Positions 10,502-21,266 of a DNA stretch of 64,000 bases are shown here, piece by piece; the first letter of the stretch is position 1; every line of letters begins with the position of its first letter. The notes beneath the pieces are model-generated. The model did no database searches. It saw only the letters and a list, made by a program, of their open reading frames with translations, and had not been told where the DNA came from. Source of the stretch: Myxococcota bacterium (GTDB lineage: Bacteria > Myxococcota_A > Polyangia > Polyangiales > Houyiibacteriaceae); assembly GCA_039030515.1 (NCBI GenBank), contig JBCCEA010000012.1, forward strand, positions 39,546 to 103,545, read 5' to 3'. Position numbers and translations under genes: made by a program.

Positions 10502-11581
10502 CTAAAGCTGTCGAAGATGACGACGAGCGATCTCCGCCCAAGTCCCTTCGGGCTCGAGATCTAGATAGGACTCCCAGGCCGGACGCGCTTCTGAGACTCG
10601 CCCGACTTCCTCTAGGGCCATGGCTAGGTTGAAGTAGGCGTCTGCAAAGCTTGGGTCACTGGTAAGAGCCCGACGAAACCAGGGCAGTGCGTGATTCGGT
10701 TCTCCCCGATCGAGACGGAGGAAGCCTAGATTATAGAGCGCCTCTGGCTGCTCGGGGTCCACCTTCAAAGCTCGCGCGTACCAGGCCTCGGCTTCGTCGG
10801 GAAAACCTCGACGAAATCGAAGATTCCCAAGATTGGTGAGCGAGTTGGAAAAGGCTGGGTCCAGCTCGATGGCCGAGCGATACGCATCCTCCGCCTGATC
10901 GAACGTTGCCGGATCCTCGTCAAACCTACATCCCTCGAGATAGAATTGATGGGCAGTTCGCTTCCGAGCCGCAGATCCGCCATCGGCATGCAACACACGG
11001 ACGACATCCTCACCGATACTTTGGACATCGAAGTCCAAGACCAGCTGCCCGGTCGTCGGTTCGAAGGCAAGAGACCGTTCATGAACAAGCACGCTTTGCC
11101 CGTCAGCAACCACTCTTAGTTCAGCAAGCGGACGCGTGATCTTCGGTAGCGACGTCCGCAAAGCATCTACGGTGCGACGTACGCTACGCAGGGGAACGCC
11201 CTGCTCCAAGAGCCCCTTGGCGACACGAATGCCTATAAGATCTTGGAAGGTGTAAAGCCTGCGGCGGCCGAGTCGGACCGAAGGCTCGATAAACCCAGAC
11301 TGATCCCAGTAGCGCAATCGGTTTTCGGAATAGCCAAAAAGACGGGCGACTTCACGACGCGTGTAGAGATCTATAAATGGATCACTTGAATCGGCACGGC
11401 GAGATTGAGTCCTGGTCTTTCGTGCCCATTCCTCTTTCGCAACAGAGTTCTCGTTCGCAACAGAGTTCTCGTTCGCAACAGAGTCCTCTTGCGAACGAGA
11501 AGCAGCAGTCCCCTTACCATCGTGATCGCGTCGGAACGAAACATGAATGACGTTACCGCTGGATTTTGAAGTTTTGCTCAA
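10502..11581 (-). CDS. MerR-family HTH plus TPR protein
   Basis: 'YTRREVARLFGYSENRLRYWD...RRLYTFQDL' (MerR HTH) followed by 3-4 TPRs. TTG start at 11581 overlaps the upstream stop (TTGA) and follows a GAGG SD. Confidence 0.85.
   Translation of the reverse strand: MSKTSKSSGNVIHVSFRRDHDGKGTAASRSQEDSVANENSVANENSVAKEEWARKTRTQSRRADSSDPFIDLYTRREVARLFGYSENRLRYWDQSGFIEPSVRLGRRRLYTFQDLIGIRVAKGLLEQGVPLRSVRRTVDALRTSLPKITRPLAELRVVADGQSVLVHERSLAFEPTTGQLVLDFDVQSIGEDVVRVLHADGGSAARKRTAHQFYLEGCRFDEDPATFDQAEDAYRSAIELDPAFSNSLTNLGNLRFRRGFPDEAEAWYARALKVDPEQPEALYNLGFLRLDRGEPNHALPWFRRALTSDPSFADAYFNLAMALEEVGRVSEARPAWESYLDLEPEGTWAEIARRHLRQL
11436..11484. repeat. 18-bp tandem repeat (about 2.7 copies) encoding SVANEN
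   Basis: ttcgcaacagagttctcg twice plus a partial copy. Confidence 0.9.
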
Positions 11582-12054
11582 TTCGCCTCTCGATCTGCGA
11601 ACGCGTATACAGGAACTTCGAGGTCCACATCCATCAGTAAACCAACATCTTCTACACGCACTCGAGTTTCCACGAGCGCGGTGCCAAGCTCGTAACCGGG
11701 AAGACGCCTCGAAACCTCGGTACAGGCCAAGCGCATCGCTCGGGCTCGAACACGAACTGAGCGTTCGGTGGCTCGCTTCAGACGTAGGGCATCGACAGGT
11801 TCTCGAAATGCATGACGCAATTCGATGAACGCGGCTGTAATCATGATGCTTCCAAACCAACTGGCTTCACCGTTCAGTTCTCGAATCGAGCCCTCCGCGA
11901 GTACTTCCGCATGACGAAACAGGCACTCTTCGGCCTCTCGACTGAGAATATCCTTCGCCGATGCGGTGAAGAGAGAGACGCGTCGGGTCTTAGCGACACT
12001 TGGACCCATCCTCTTCTCAGTTTCGATCGGTAGATCTTTCGACACGGTCCGCAC
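11578..12054 (-). CDS. Hypothetical protein
   Basis: 158-aa ORF whose stop overlaps the MerR-TPR start. Confidence 0.65.
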   Translation of the reverse strand: MRTVSKDLPIETEKRMGPSVAKTRRVSLFTASAKDILSREAEECLFRHAEVLAEGSIRELNGEASWFGSIMITAAFIELRHAFREPVDALRLKRATERSVRVRARAMRLACTEVSRRLPGYELGTALVETRVRVEDVGLLMDVDLEVPVYAFADREAN

Positions 12055-12143
12055 AGCTTACATCAGCCCACACAACAACCACAATATGCTGCAGCGAGCC
12101 AACCTCGGCTTTCACAGAGGAACCAAGTTGCTACATTCGCCGC

Positions 12144-12791
12144 ATGTCCGTGGCCGCAGCTCCGATGGCGTTTCTCTCCGATATTCACGGCAACTTGTCG
12201 GCCCTAGACGCAGTACTTGAGGAGCTCACTCGAGAAGACATCCGTAAGGTCTATGTCGCAGGGGACATCTTGCTGGGTGGAGTCGACCCGCTTGACGTTT
12301 GGAAACGCCTTCAATCGATCGGAGCGACCTGCGTCCGAGGCGTCTCCGACGAAGCCCTGGTCACCCTAGATCCCAAGCAGCTACCCGTCACCAATGAAGA
12401 GGAGCGGAAAGCCGTACAGCAGTTCGCAGAAACACGTAGAGCGCTCGGGGATCTGATTGTCGAGAGGATTCGAAGACTACCGGAACGTATGCGGATCCCC
12501 CTAGTCGACGGGAAGGAACTCTTGTTGATGCATGGTGCTCCGTCACCCCAAACAGATGAGATCACCCATGAAATGTCAGACGACGAAATTTTGGCCGCTC
12601 TAGATGACGATCCAGCGGACGTGTTCATCGTCGGCGCGTCACACGTAGCCTTTGAACGAAGTGTAGACGACAGAACAATCGTCAACGTCGGTTCGGTTGG
12701 AGCGTCGCCTGAGGGAAAGATGGCACACTATGCGGTGGTTCGACCCTCGATGCTTGGAGTCGATATCCAGCTACGCCACGCAGCATACTGA
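12144..12791 (+). CDS. Calcineurin-like metallophosphoesterase with degenerate motifs
   Basis: SDIHGN, GD, HGA, NVGSVG present; the usual GNH and GHTH motifs read GVS and GASH. Confidence 0.85.
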   Translation: MSVAAAPMAFLSDIHGNLSALDAVLEELTREDIRKVYVAGDILLGGVDPLDVWKRLQSIGATCVRGVSDEALVTLDPKQLPVTNEEERKAVQQFAETRRALGDLIVERIRRLPERMRIPLVDGKELLLMHGAPSPQTDEITHEMSDDEILAALDDDPADVFIVGASHVAFERSVDDRTIVNVGSVGASPEGKMAHYAVVRPSMLGVDIQLRHAAY

Positions 12792-12856
12792 AATCAATTC
12801 ATCAGTTGAGCTCATGATCGAGCATCGCCTACTGACTCGCCACCGCAGCGGGTCCG

Positions 12857-14206
12857 CTAACTCGCGACCGCAGCGGGTACCAGACGACTGCGCGTGAGCT
12901 CCACCTGAATCACACGTCTTTCATCGGCATCGGTGACCTTCAGACGATAGTTACCGACGTGTAAAGTATCCCCTACGCGCGGCACCCGACCTGCGATTTC
13001 GATGATCAATCCGCCCAGCGAATCGTACCCTCGCGAGTCGTGTCCACGCGAGTCCGCCCCGCGCGAATCGTGTGCACGGGAGAGAGCACCCCCCTCACCA
13101 TCGTCCAGGGACTCTCCGAGCATGTCGTTGAGATCGTATACGCTCATACCAGCGTCGGCCAGATAACGGCCCGGTTCCACTTCCTCAAGACGGATTTCGT
13201 CACTGTCATGCTCGTCACGTATTTCGCCGACGATCTCCTCGAGCACGTCCTCAAGCGTCACGATGCCGCTAACCCCACCAAACTCGTCGACCACGATCGC
13301 CAAATGAACGCCATCGCTCTGCATCTCACGGAGCAACATGCCGATCTTGCGGTTCTCAGGGGTAAAATAGACCGGCCTGCGTACCAGGTGCTCTAGTCGA
13401 ACATCGTCCCAATCGGACTGGCCCACTACCTGGAATAGGTCTTTGGCATAGAGCACGCCTTCAATACGATCGATCCGGTCCCGGTATACAGGGTATCGAC
13501 TGTGTCCTGACTTGACGATCAGCTCCAGAACCTTGTCCACAGGAGTATTGATGGCTATCGCGACCGTTTGAGTGCGAGGAACCATCACTTCTCGAGCATA
13601 TGTTTTCTTGAACTCCAAAATGCTGCGGAGCAGTTCCGCATCTTGAACGCCTATGGAGCCGTTTTCCTCCCCTTCTTCGATCACTTGCTCGACTGCCAGC
13701 TCCGTGACCCTGACGTTCTCGGGCTCTTCAACGGGAGGAACGGTGTGTCGAACCCATCGGTGCATCCATATCGAGGGGAGCGCAAGCGGTGCGAACATCA
13801 GTTCCAACGGCCGCAACCAGTGGCTCAATCTTAGCGCGATCCGAGACGCACGCCGACGAGCTACGGTAGCCAGGGTCGTAGAGGCAAGCCCGTAACCCAG
13901 CGCTACAAGGAGTACCGCAGCGATGGCTTCCGGTAGCGTGTCGTCTCGCCAGACCCACATCGTCGTTGCGGAGGCCAATGCGAGTGCTGTGATCCGTCCG
14001 GCATGGTACCGAGCCTCGATCTGCTCCTGCATCGCGAGCACGCGTCTTGCGGCGTTGGCCATCGATGCTCCGGGGGAACCTTCTGATAGAGCTCGAAGTC
14101 TCGCTTCACCGAAAGCCTTGAGACCGCTATCGAGCGCAGCGAGAATCGCTCCGACAAAGATGCCGCCAGCGATGACAGCGAAATGACCTATGCTTGGATC
14201 GTCCAA
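12857..14206 (-). CDS. Hemolysin/CNNM family protein (TM + 2 CBS + CorC_HlyC)
   Basis: N-terminal TM helices, 'AREVMVPR', 'GHSRYPVY', 'VVDEFGGVSGIVTLEDVLEEIVGEI'. Confidence 0.92.
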   Translation of the reverse strand: MDDPSIGHFAVIAGGIFVGAILAALDSGLKAFGEARLRALSEGSPGASMANAARRVLAMQEQIEARYHAGRITALALASATTMWVWRDDTLPEAIAAVLLVALGYGLASTTLATVARRRASRIALRLSHWLRPLELMFAPLALPSIWMHRWVRHTVPPVEEPENVRVTELAVEQVIEEGEENGSIGVQDAELLRSILEFKKTYAREVMVPRTQTVAIAINTPVDKVLELIVKSGHSRYPVYRDRIDRIEGVLYAKDLFQVVGQSDWDDVRLEHLVRRPVYFTPENRKIGMLLREMQSDGVHLAIVVDEFGGVSGIVTLEDVLEEIVGEIRDEHDSDEIRLEEVEPGRYLADAGMSVYDLNDMLGESLDDGEGGALSRAHDSRGADSRGHDSRGYDSLGGLIIEIAGRVPRVGDTLHVGNYRLKVTDADERRVIQVELTRSRLVPAAVAS

Positions 14207-14336
14207 CGCGGTGTGTCTTCAGGTTAGCTACGTAGGCTCCGAGCTGCAAGCTACCTTGTGCGTTCGAATCTCACCAGGGTCTTGTACCGCCTGCACCTTG
14301 AGTTGAAAACGGCTTCAGAACATCGGATGCCGGTTC

Positions 14337-15554
14337 TTACTCAGGTTGCGCCTTCGAGCGAAGTCGTGCGCCGATTCGCAGACGCAGGGCATTAAGCCGA
14401 ATAAATCCGGTAGCATCCGACTGGTCATACACATCGTCCTCCTCGAAGGTAGCGAACTCTGATGCGTACAGTGACTGTTCACTGGAGCGACCACAAACCT
14501 GCATCGATCCCTTGTACAGCTGAAGCCGAACCTTGCCGGTAACGTGAGATTGAGCATGGTCCATCAATGCCTGCAACATCTCACGTTCCGGCGAGAACCA
14601 GAATCCTCGGTACACCATAGAGGCGTACTCAGGGATCAGCGAGTCCCGGATCCGCATCACCTCGCGGTCCATGGTGATCGACTCAAGCGCTCTATGTGCC
14701 CGCTGCAAGATGGTTCCGCCGGGAGTTTCGTACACGCCTCGAGACTTCATACCGACGAAACGGTTTTCAACAATATCGATACGACCGACGCCATGTCGGG
14801 AGCCTAACTCGTTAAGCCTGCGGATGATCTCTGCGGGAGACAGGGCCTCACCATCGACTGCGACCGGATTTCCGGAGCTGTACTCTATCGTAACGAACTC
14901 GGGCTCGTTCGGGGCGTCCTTGGGGTCTGTGGTCCAGCGGAACATCTCCGCATTCGGCGCTACCCAGGGATCCTCTAGAATTCCTCCCTCATAGCTGATG
15001 TGAAATAGATTTTCGTCTACGGAATAAGGTTTCTCCGCGCTCGCCTCTACATCGATTCCATGCGCTTTTGCATACTCGATGCAGTCCGTGCGCGAGCGAA
15101 GAGACCACTCTCGCCACGGCGCGATCACCTTGACCCGCGGATCGATTCCCATCGCGCAGAGCTCGAAACGCACTTGATCGTTTCCTTTACCGGTCGCGCC
15201 ATGAGCGATGGCGTCTGCTCCCACTCGATGGGCTACGTCCATCATAGCCTTGGCGATAACCGGACGGGCTATGGAGGTTCCGAGCAAGTACTCTCCCTCG
15301 TAAATCGCGTTGGCTCGGAGCATGGGAAAACAGAAATCACGAGCAAACTCCTCGGTGAGGTCCTCCACAAAGCAATGCGTCGCTCCGGTGCGCAGGGCCT
15401 TGCCCTCGACATCGCTGAGGTCTTCTTTCTGCCCTACATCTGCACAAAAACCGACGACTTCAACATTGTACGTCTCTCGCAGCCAGGCGAGGATCACCGA
15501 GGTATCGAGTCCTCCACTGTAGGCAAGGACTACTTTGCGGAAATTTTGAGCCAT
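14337..15554 (-). CDS. argG: Argininosuccinate synthase
   Basis: [42 protein letters not shown]; start chosen at MAQNFRKVV. Confidence 0.97.
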   Translation of the reverse strand: MAQNFRKVVLAYSGGLDTSVILAWLRETYNVEVVGFCADVGQKEDLSDVEGKALRTGATHCFVEDLTEEFARDFCFPMLRANAIYEGEYLLGTSIARPVIAKAMMDVAHRVGADAIAHGATGKGNDQVRFELCAMGIDPRVKVIAPWREWSLRSRTDCIEYAKAHGIDVEASAEKPYSVDENLFHISYEGGILEDPWVAPNAEMFRWTTDPKDAPNEPEFVTIEYSSGNPVAVDGEALSPAEIIRRLNELGSRHGVGRIDIVENRFVGMKSRGVYETPGGTILQRAHRALESITMDREVMRIRDSLIPEYASMVYRGFWFSPEREMLQALMDHAQSHVTGKVRLQLYKGSMQVCGRSSEQSLYASEFATFEEDDVYDQSDATGFIRLNALRLRIGARLRSKAQPE

Positions 15555-15660
15555 AGAGGATGCCTTAGTCCCCTCGTTCGCTAACGCAAACCAAACCGCC
15601 TCGGTCGTTCGATTTAGTACAGCGCGGCGATAGTTGGTCAGGTGCTGATGTGGAGTGCTC

Positions 15661-16431
15661 TTATGTTTTGAGAGGCTCTCGAAGTTCGATAGCCGAGTTG
15701 TCACAGAGCTCGCAGAGCATTTTTAGCGCTTCAAGACGTTCCATACCGCTGAGTTCGAGAAGCTGCTCGAGCGATATAAGGCCATCGATGCGACTCATCA
15801 GAAAACCGGCTCGGTGATCGAGGCCCAACCAGCGCACTTCCGAATCCGGGACGCACACTCGGGGTATCCAAGAAAGGCGACCCAGGCGAGCGACATAGAG
15901 CTGTTCGAGATGGATCCGGCTGCTGTTCGCGTGATGAAGCGCTTGCGCATCCTCGCTATCGACACCGAGAAGCAGCTCAGCAGCCCGTAGCGAGCCGGTG
16001 AAGTCACCAAGGGCAAATTTTTCAGCCATCTCCGAACGAAGATCCAAGCCGGGAGATGAGGGTCTGTTTCTATCGACAAGTTCGATCGCATGATTGGAAT
16101 CCGAGTTCCGCCAATCCTGGGATGGCCGATCGACGGCGTGCGAAGATAAACGCGTATCTCCGTCGGGCTCATCCTCTTCGGCAATACCTTCCGATGCCGC
16201 TTGCCCATCGGGTTCTTTAGCTGAGGACCACGCATCCCTTGTTCCGATCGACTCCTTGGATGGAGGTCTCCAAGGAGGAATCTCGGGCAGGATCGCAGGG
16301 GCGTGAGACGATTCCTCCGGCAATACAAGGGGTGGACCTTGGAAGCTCAAGGTGAGGCGGGGTTTTGGATCGGAGTCCAAATCTTCCCGGTCGCGTGGCT
16401 CGCCCTCGATCGTCTCCTCATCGCTGGGCAC
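15661..16431 (-). CDS. Hypothetical protein: disordered acidic N-terminus and C-terminal wHTH-like 'GFLMSRIDG' domain
   Basis: 256-aa ORF; C-terminal domain resembles the N-terminus of the J-domain protein at 18411..20174. Confidence 0.7.
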   Translation of the reverse strand: MPSDEETIEGEPRDREDLDSDPKPRLTLSFQGPPLVLPEESSHAPAILPEIPPWRPPSKESIGTRDAWSSAKEPDGQAASEGIAEEDEPDGDTRLSSHAVDRPSQDWRNSDSNHAIELVDRNRPSSPGLDLRSEMAEKFALGDFTGSLRAAELLLGVDSEDAQALHHANSSRIHLEQLYVARLGRLSWIPRVCVPDSEVRWLGLDHRAGFLMSRIDGLISLEQLLELSGMERLEALKMLCELCDNSAIELREPLKT

Positions 16432-16546
16432 GTTACTTTAGAGTATCAACTATTGCTCGGTTCAAAGCAGCTCAAATATCGTGTTCCCTGGATCACATCC
16501 GCATAGCGTCTCGATGGGCCCCTTATCATGCATCGGTCGCTGCGAG

Positions 16547-18379
16547 CTAACTCGCCTTGCCGACCACGCCTTTGAACATGCGCTGTGTTCGAGACAGTGC
16601 GTCGATCTGCTCCTTGAGCGCATGGGTATCGTTCTGATCGATGAGATCTCTGGCCCTTTGGACCACGTTTCGTGCCTTTTCTAGAGCATCGCGTCCGAAG
16701 TCGCTGCCTGCGACTACCGACTCAACTTCGGGAAACAGTTTCTCAATGTCAGCGATCAGGGTTTCAGCAGCCTGCCTGGTTTGCTCTGACTCTTCATCTA
16801 TACGGCGAGCTACCGCATAGTCTCGAGCTTCGCTCATCATTTGTTCAAGCTCATCATCAGTCAGTCCGCTAGAGGCTGTCACCGTGATCGACTGCTCCTT
16901 ACCGGTATCGAGGTCCTTCGCGTGCACACTGACGATGCCGTCTGCATTGATCTCAAAGGTGACCTCGACCTCCACCTCTCCAGCACCGGCACGACGCAGA
17001 CCGGTCAGGATGAATTCGCCCAAAAGCTCATTTTCTTCGGCCCGGCGCGACTCTCCCTGCAGAACGAGGATCTTGACCGCAGTCTGATCCGCACGAACCG
17101 TGGTGAATATTTTGGATCTTGAGGTTGGAACCGTGGTGTTTTGTGGGATGAGCTCTTCGAAATATCCGCCAACGACCATAATGCCGAGGGTGTGCGGGGT
17201 TACGTCAAGCAGGACCATGTCCATTTCTGGACTGTCGTCGATAAGCGCAGCCCCCTGAATCGAAGCGCCAAGGCCTACGACTTCGTCCGGATGGACTCCC
17301 TTACAAGGCTCACGTTCGAAGAAGCTCGAGACCACCCGCTGTATCTTGGGCATACGGGTCATGCCTCCAACTAGGATTACATCTTCGATCTCGTCTTTTT
17401 CCAGTCCAGCCTCGTCAAGAGTCATTTCACATATTTGGGCGGTTCGTTTGATCAAGTCGTCGGTCAGTTCCTCAAGTTGAGCCCGGGTGAGCAAGCGCTG
17501 TAAGTGCAAAGCCTCGTTCCGGGCACTCGAAATAATGAAGGGGAGATTGACCTCGGTCTCTACCACCCCGGAAAGCTCACATTTTGCTTTCTCAGCCGCA
17601 TCCTTAAGCCGCTGAAGCGCCATACGGTCTTGACGCAAATCGATTTGGTATTCCTCCTGAAATCCATGCACGAGCCAATCGATGATCCGCTGATCAAAGT
17701 CTTCCCCACCCAGAAATGTGTCACCAGCAGTGCTAACGACCTTGAACACTCCGGTAGAGGATATTTCGAGAATCGAGATATCGAAGGTACCTCCGCCCAG
17801 ATCATAAACTGCGACGGTGCGATCGATTTGTTTACCGAAACCGTAGGCAAGGGCCGCTGCCGTCGGTTCATTGATGATGCGAATTACATCGAGGCCCGCA
17901 ATAGCACCGGCATCTTTCGTCGCTTGGCGCTGGTTGTCGTTGAAATAGGCAGGTACGGTGACCACGGCTCTGGTGACCTCATGGCCGAGGTAGTCTTCCG
18001 CGATCATCTTCATTTCCTGCAAGATCATCGCGCTGGTTTCGGGTATCGAATACATCTTTTCGCGCAGCTGTACCCGCACGTCCCCGTGAGGTCCTTCGAC
18101 GATACGATAGGGGCAGGTGGCGATAGCGTTTTTCACCTGGGGTGAGTCCCATTTTCGCCCTATGAGACGCTTTGCTGCGTACACGGTATTTTCAGCATTG
18201 GTAACGGCCTGCCTTTTAGCGATATGGCCCACCAATCGCTTACCTGCCTCCGTCACCGCAACCATCGAAGGCGTAACCTTGTAACCCCCGCGATTGGCGA
18301 TAACTACTGGTGTTCCCCCTTCAACTACTGCGACGCATGAGTTGAAGGTTCCGAGGTCGATCCCGATTACCTTATCCAT
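16547..18379 (-). CDS. dnaK: Hsp70/DnaK paralog
   Basis: [40 protein letters not shown]; short divergent lid; SD upstream of ATG 18379. Confidence 0.95.
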   Translation of the reverse strand: MDKVIGIDLGTFNSCVAVVEGGTPVVIANRGGYKVTPSMVAVTEAGKRLVGHIAKRQAVTNAENTVYAAKRLIGRKWDSPQVKNAIATCPYRIVEGPHGDVRVQLREKMYSIPETSAMILQEMKMIAEDYLGHEVTRAVVTVPAYFNDNQRQATKDAGAIAGLDVIRIINEPTAAALAYGFGKQIDRTVAVYDLGGGTFDISILEISSTGVFKVVSTAGDTFLGGEDFDQRIIDWLVHGFQEEYQIDLRQDRMALQRLKDAAEKAKCELSGVVETEVNLPFIISSARNEALHLQRLLTRAQLEELTDDLIKRTAQICEMTLDEAGLEKDEIEDVILVGGMTRMPKIQRVVSSFFEREPCKGVHPDEVVGLGASIQGAALIDDSPEMDMVLLDVTPHTLGIMVVGGYFEELIPQNTTVPTSRSKIFTTVRADQTAVKILVLQGESRRAEENELLGEFILTGLRRAGAGEVEVEVTFEINADGIVSVHAKDLDTGKEQSITVTASSGLTDDELEQMMSEARDYAVARRIDEESEQTRQAAETLIADIEKLFPEVESVVAGSDFGRDALEKARNVVQRARDLIDQNDTHALKEQIDALSRTQRMFKGVVGKAS

Positions 18380-18410
18380 TCGGTCCCTCTCCAGCTCCCG
18401 CACCTGAACG

Positions 18411-20174
18411 CTACTGGCTGGCCTCTCTCAGAAGATTCTTGACCATCTCGTCGTCAGGGTCCAGCTTCACGGCTTTTTCCAGCTCTCTTCGAGCATTTAG
18501 TTTCATGTCCGCCGCTAAGAATAGCTGTCCTAGTATACGGCGCGCGCGAAACGAGTCCGGCTTAAGTTCTACGGCGTGCTGGGCAAACTTGACGGCCTTT
18601 TTGATATCCCCCTTCGCCATCAGAAGCGCATGAGCGGCGCGCACGCTAGGCTCGAATTCGTCGGGTTTGCCCTCTGCAACTCGGGCCCAAGAGAGAGCCG
18701 CAGCGCTCCACATCCTATGCTGCTCCTCGTATTTGGCTTGCTTTTCGTAAGTGGCTGAAAGGTCGTTGAGCAGCCCTCGATAAACGCGCTCGTATTCCAT
18801 TCGAACGTCGTCACGACCTTCATCGACCGCTAGGGCAAGTCGCAGGGCGTTGGAGGCGCTCAGCAAATCGTTTTCCGATTCTGCATGCTTGGCCTGCCTG
18901 AGATAGCGATCGACCCGACTGTGCCCACCGGTCACAGAAGCCGAGTTCTTTAGGCTCTTGGCTAAGTGCCGCAGGATCGTCTCGGGCTCCGCAGGCTTTG
19001 GGGGAGGTATCTTGGATGAGGATCTCGCGGCATCCGAGGGCGGCGCACTGGAACCCAACCCTCTGCCAACATTGCGAGCCAAACGTTTTGCGTGCATGAG
19101 GCGCATGCGCTCGCGGACCGCCGTTCGACGGGCATTTCGGCCAGAATCCCGCGACTCAGAGTCTCGCTCTTGCTCCCGCGACTTCGAGGTATCGACCGGC
19201 ACGGAAAACGTACCGGTGCTGTTCGGTCGCTCACTGCTTCCGGGCGCGGCAGAAACTTCACTGTCCTTTTTAAGGGACCGAGCGTCGGCGTCCTTGGATG
19301 TTGGAGAACTCGAGGGTGCCCTTTGTGTTTTGTCCTCAGGTAGCTTCGCTGCTTCGACAACTTCCCGTCGCAACTTTTCGGCCCGTTGCTCTCCTTGCCT
19401 CATGACACTGGACACCGCTTCGGTCTGTTCCTTCAGACCTAGGTAGGCATCGTATTCTGCACGCTTCTTTTTTTTGCCGAGCACCTCGTAGGCTTCGGTA
19501 AGCTGCTTGAATACCGCTTCCATCTTCGGTTTGTATGAACCGAGCTCCTTGCCGAAAAGCGTATCCGGATGAAATACCTTAGAGAGCGCAAAGTAGGCAG
19601 AGCGGATGGTCTTTTTGTCTGCATCCTTGGACACATCCAGTAGCTGATAATGGCTTAGTTCACCTAGTCGGTAGTACGTATCGAGCACCTGCCGACGCCG
19701 CTCCAAAGCGAGATCCACCTCTTCCTCGAGCTCAGAGGGATCGTATAAAGTCAGCGACGCCCCTAGGGGCAGAGGCTTCGTCTGCACCGGCCCCCAGGCA
19801 GCCTTACGTTTCGAATCCTCGTCAGGTTTTTTTGGAGAGCAAACGCCTCCCTCATCTGAACGAGGAGGCACCACAGACGGACCGGCACGCATCGAGCGGG
19901 AGTTGGGGGGAACGACAGCACGAGCACGCGATCCTTGTTCGAGGACGGGAGGCCTGCTGAACCCTTTCCACTCGACCGCACCGTGATCGACCATCTGCTG
20001 CACCGTAGACAAGACTTTAGCTGGTGGAAGTGAAACAACCTCAGCGATATCGCGAATCGAAAGCACGCCATCGATGCAAGAAAGGACAAACCCTTCTTGA
20101 GGGCCTAAAGGCATGCTCTTGATGTCCGCGCCCTCAGCCAACCGCGGAACTCTTCGATACGCACTTGTCACCAA
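18411..20174 (-). CDS. J-domain (HPD) and TPR co-chaperone-like protein
   Basis: 'HYQLLDV...AYFALSKVFHPD...EAYEVL' J-domain and C-terminal TPRs; immediately upstream of dnaK. Confidence 0.88.
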   Translation of the reverse strand: MVTSAYRRVPRLAEGADIKSMPLGPQEGFVLSCIDGVLSIRDIAEVVSLPPAKVLSTVQQMVDHGAVEWKGFSRPPVLEQGSRARAVVPPNSRSMRAGPSVVPPRSDEGGVCSPKKPDEDSKRKAAWGPVQTKPLPLGASLTLYDPSELEEEVDLALERRRQVLDTYYRLGELSHYQLLDVSKDADKKTIRSAYFALSKVFHPDTLFGKELGSYKPKMEAVFKQLTEAYEVLGKKKKRAEYDAYLGLKEQTEAVSSVMRQGEQRAEKLRREVVEAAKLPEDKTQRAPSSSPTSKDADARSLKKDSEVSAAPGSSERPNSTGTFSVPVDTSKSREQERDSESRDSGRNARRTAVRERMRLMHAKRLARNVGRGLGSSAPPSDAARSSSKIPPPKPAEPETILRHLAKSLKNSASVTGGHSRVDRYLRQAKHAESENDLLSASNALRLALAVDEGRDDVRMEYERVYRGLLNDLSATYEKQAKYEEQHRMWSAAALSWARVAEGKPDEFEPSVRAAHALLMAKGDIKKAVKFAQHAVELKPDSFRARRILGQLFLAADMKLNARRELEKAVKLDPDDEMVKNLLREASQ

Positions 20175-20330
20175 TTCAGCGGGTATTTCAAGGACAGTAA
20201 CACGGTTCCAAGCGTTCCTTGTTATAGATAAAGACCTCGCCCGAACGGATCGTCTGGCTCGATTAACTTGCGGAGGGTCCGACGGGTCCCAACCCTATTT
20301 GTAGGCTAGTGAGCCGCCGGCCTCTCATGC

Positions 20331-21266
20331 CTACGCTCGATCCGCATCAGGCGCAGCGACGCTCGGAACACACCATTCCATCAGCGCTTTTTGTGCATGC
20401 AGGCGGTTTTCAGCCTCGTCCCAGACCCGGGAACTTGGACCGTCGATCACAGAAGAGGACACCTCTTCACCTCGATGGGCTGGTAGGCAATGTAGGAAGA
20501 TGGCGTTTTTTTCGGCACGAGACATCACCTCACCATCTACGCAAAACCCGAGAAAAGCCTCCTGCCTCGCGCTAGCCTCTTCTTCTTGTCCCATCGACGC
20601 CCACACATCGGTCGTGACGACGTGGGCACCTCGCGCTGCCTCAAGCGGATCGCGCACGATTCGGACAGGCATATCGTTGCCAACTGAACGGAGTACTTGC
20701 AGGTTGGGTTCAAACCCCTCAGGGCAGCTCAGCACCAGTTCAAACTCCGCCAGCTTGGCCGCGTTGACCCAAGAGTGTGCCATGTTGTTGCCGTCACCGA
20801 TCCACGCCACTCGGAGTCCCTTCAGCTGCCCAAAGTGTTCGCGAACCGTCTGTAAGTCGGCAACGAGCTGACAGGGGTGAAAGTCGTCGGTCAGACCATT
20901 GATGACGGGAATCTGAGCAGCATCAGACAGACGCCGCAGTCGATCGTGGGCGAAGGTCCGGTAGACTACGGCGTGAGCGTAGCCTCCGAGCATGCGGGCC
21001 GTGTCTTCCAGCGGTTCACCTCGTCCAAGCTGAGTGTCCTTCGCGAGCAACACCAGAGGATGTCCACCGAGTTCCCGAATGCCCACCTCGAAAGAGACGC
21101 GGGTACGTGTCGAAGTCTTTTCGAGAAGAATCACGACGGTCTTGCCGGAGAGCGGCTGAGGATGATCGGGAGTGCCCCGAGCCGACTTGAATCGATCGGC
21201 TCGATCGAGAACGTGAGCAAGCTCTGCCGAGCCCAGATCGAAAAGCGAGTAAAAATGACGAATCAT
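20331..21266 (-). CDS. argF: Ornithine carbamoyltransferase
   Basis: STRTRVSFE, HPCQ, GDGNN, HCLPAHRGEE. Confidence 0.97.
   Translation of the reverse strand: MIRHFYSLFDLGSAELAHVLDRADRFKSARGTPDHPQPLSGKTVVILLEKTSTRTRVSFEVGIRELGGHPLVLLAKDTQLGRGEPLEDTARMLGGYAHAVVYRTFAHDRLRRLSDAAQIPVINGLTDDFHPCQLVADLQTVREHFGQLKGLRVAWIGDGNNMAHSWVNAAKLAEFELVLSCPEGFEPNLQVLRSVGNDMPVRIVRDPLEAARGAHVVTTDVWASMGQEEEASARQEAFLGFCVDGEVMSRAEKNAIFLHCLPAHRGEEVSSSVIDGPSSRVWDEAENRLHAQKALMEWCVPSVAAPDADRA

Noticed and set aside
11582..11860. N-terminal extension of the MerR-TPR ORF given by the ORF track
   Set aside because: Overlaps the upstream gene; TTG 11581 with SD and stop overlap is the better start.
12835..12878. 19-bp near-duplicate of the last codons of the CNNM gene
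   Set aside because: Real but looks like a trivial slippage duplication with no evident function.
17504..18145. 213-aa ORF antisense to dnaK
   Set aside because: Long antisense frames opposite hsp70 genes are a known codon-bias effect.
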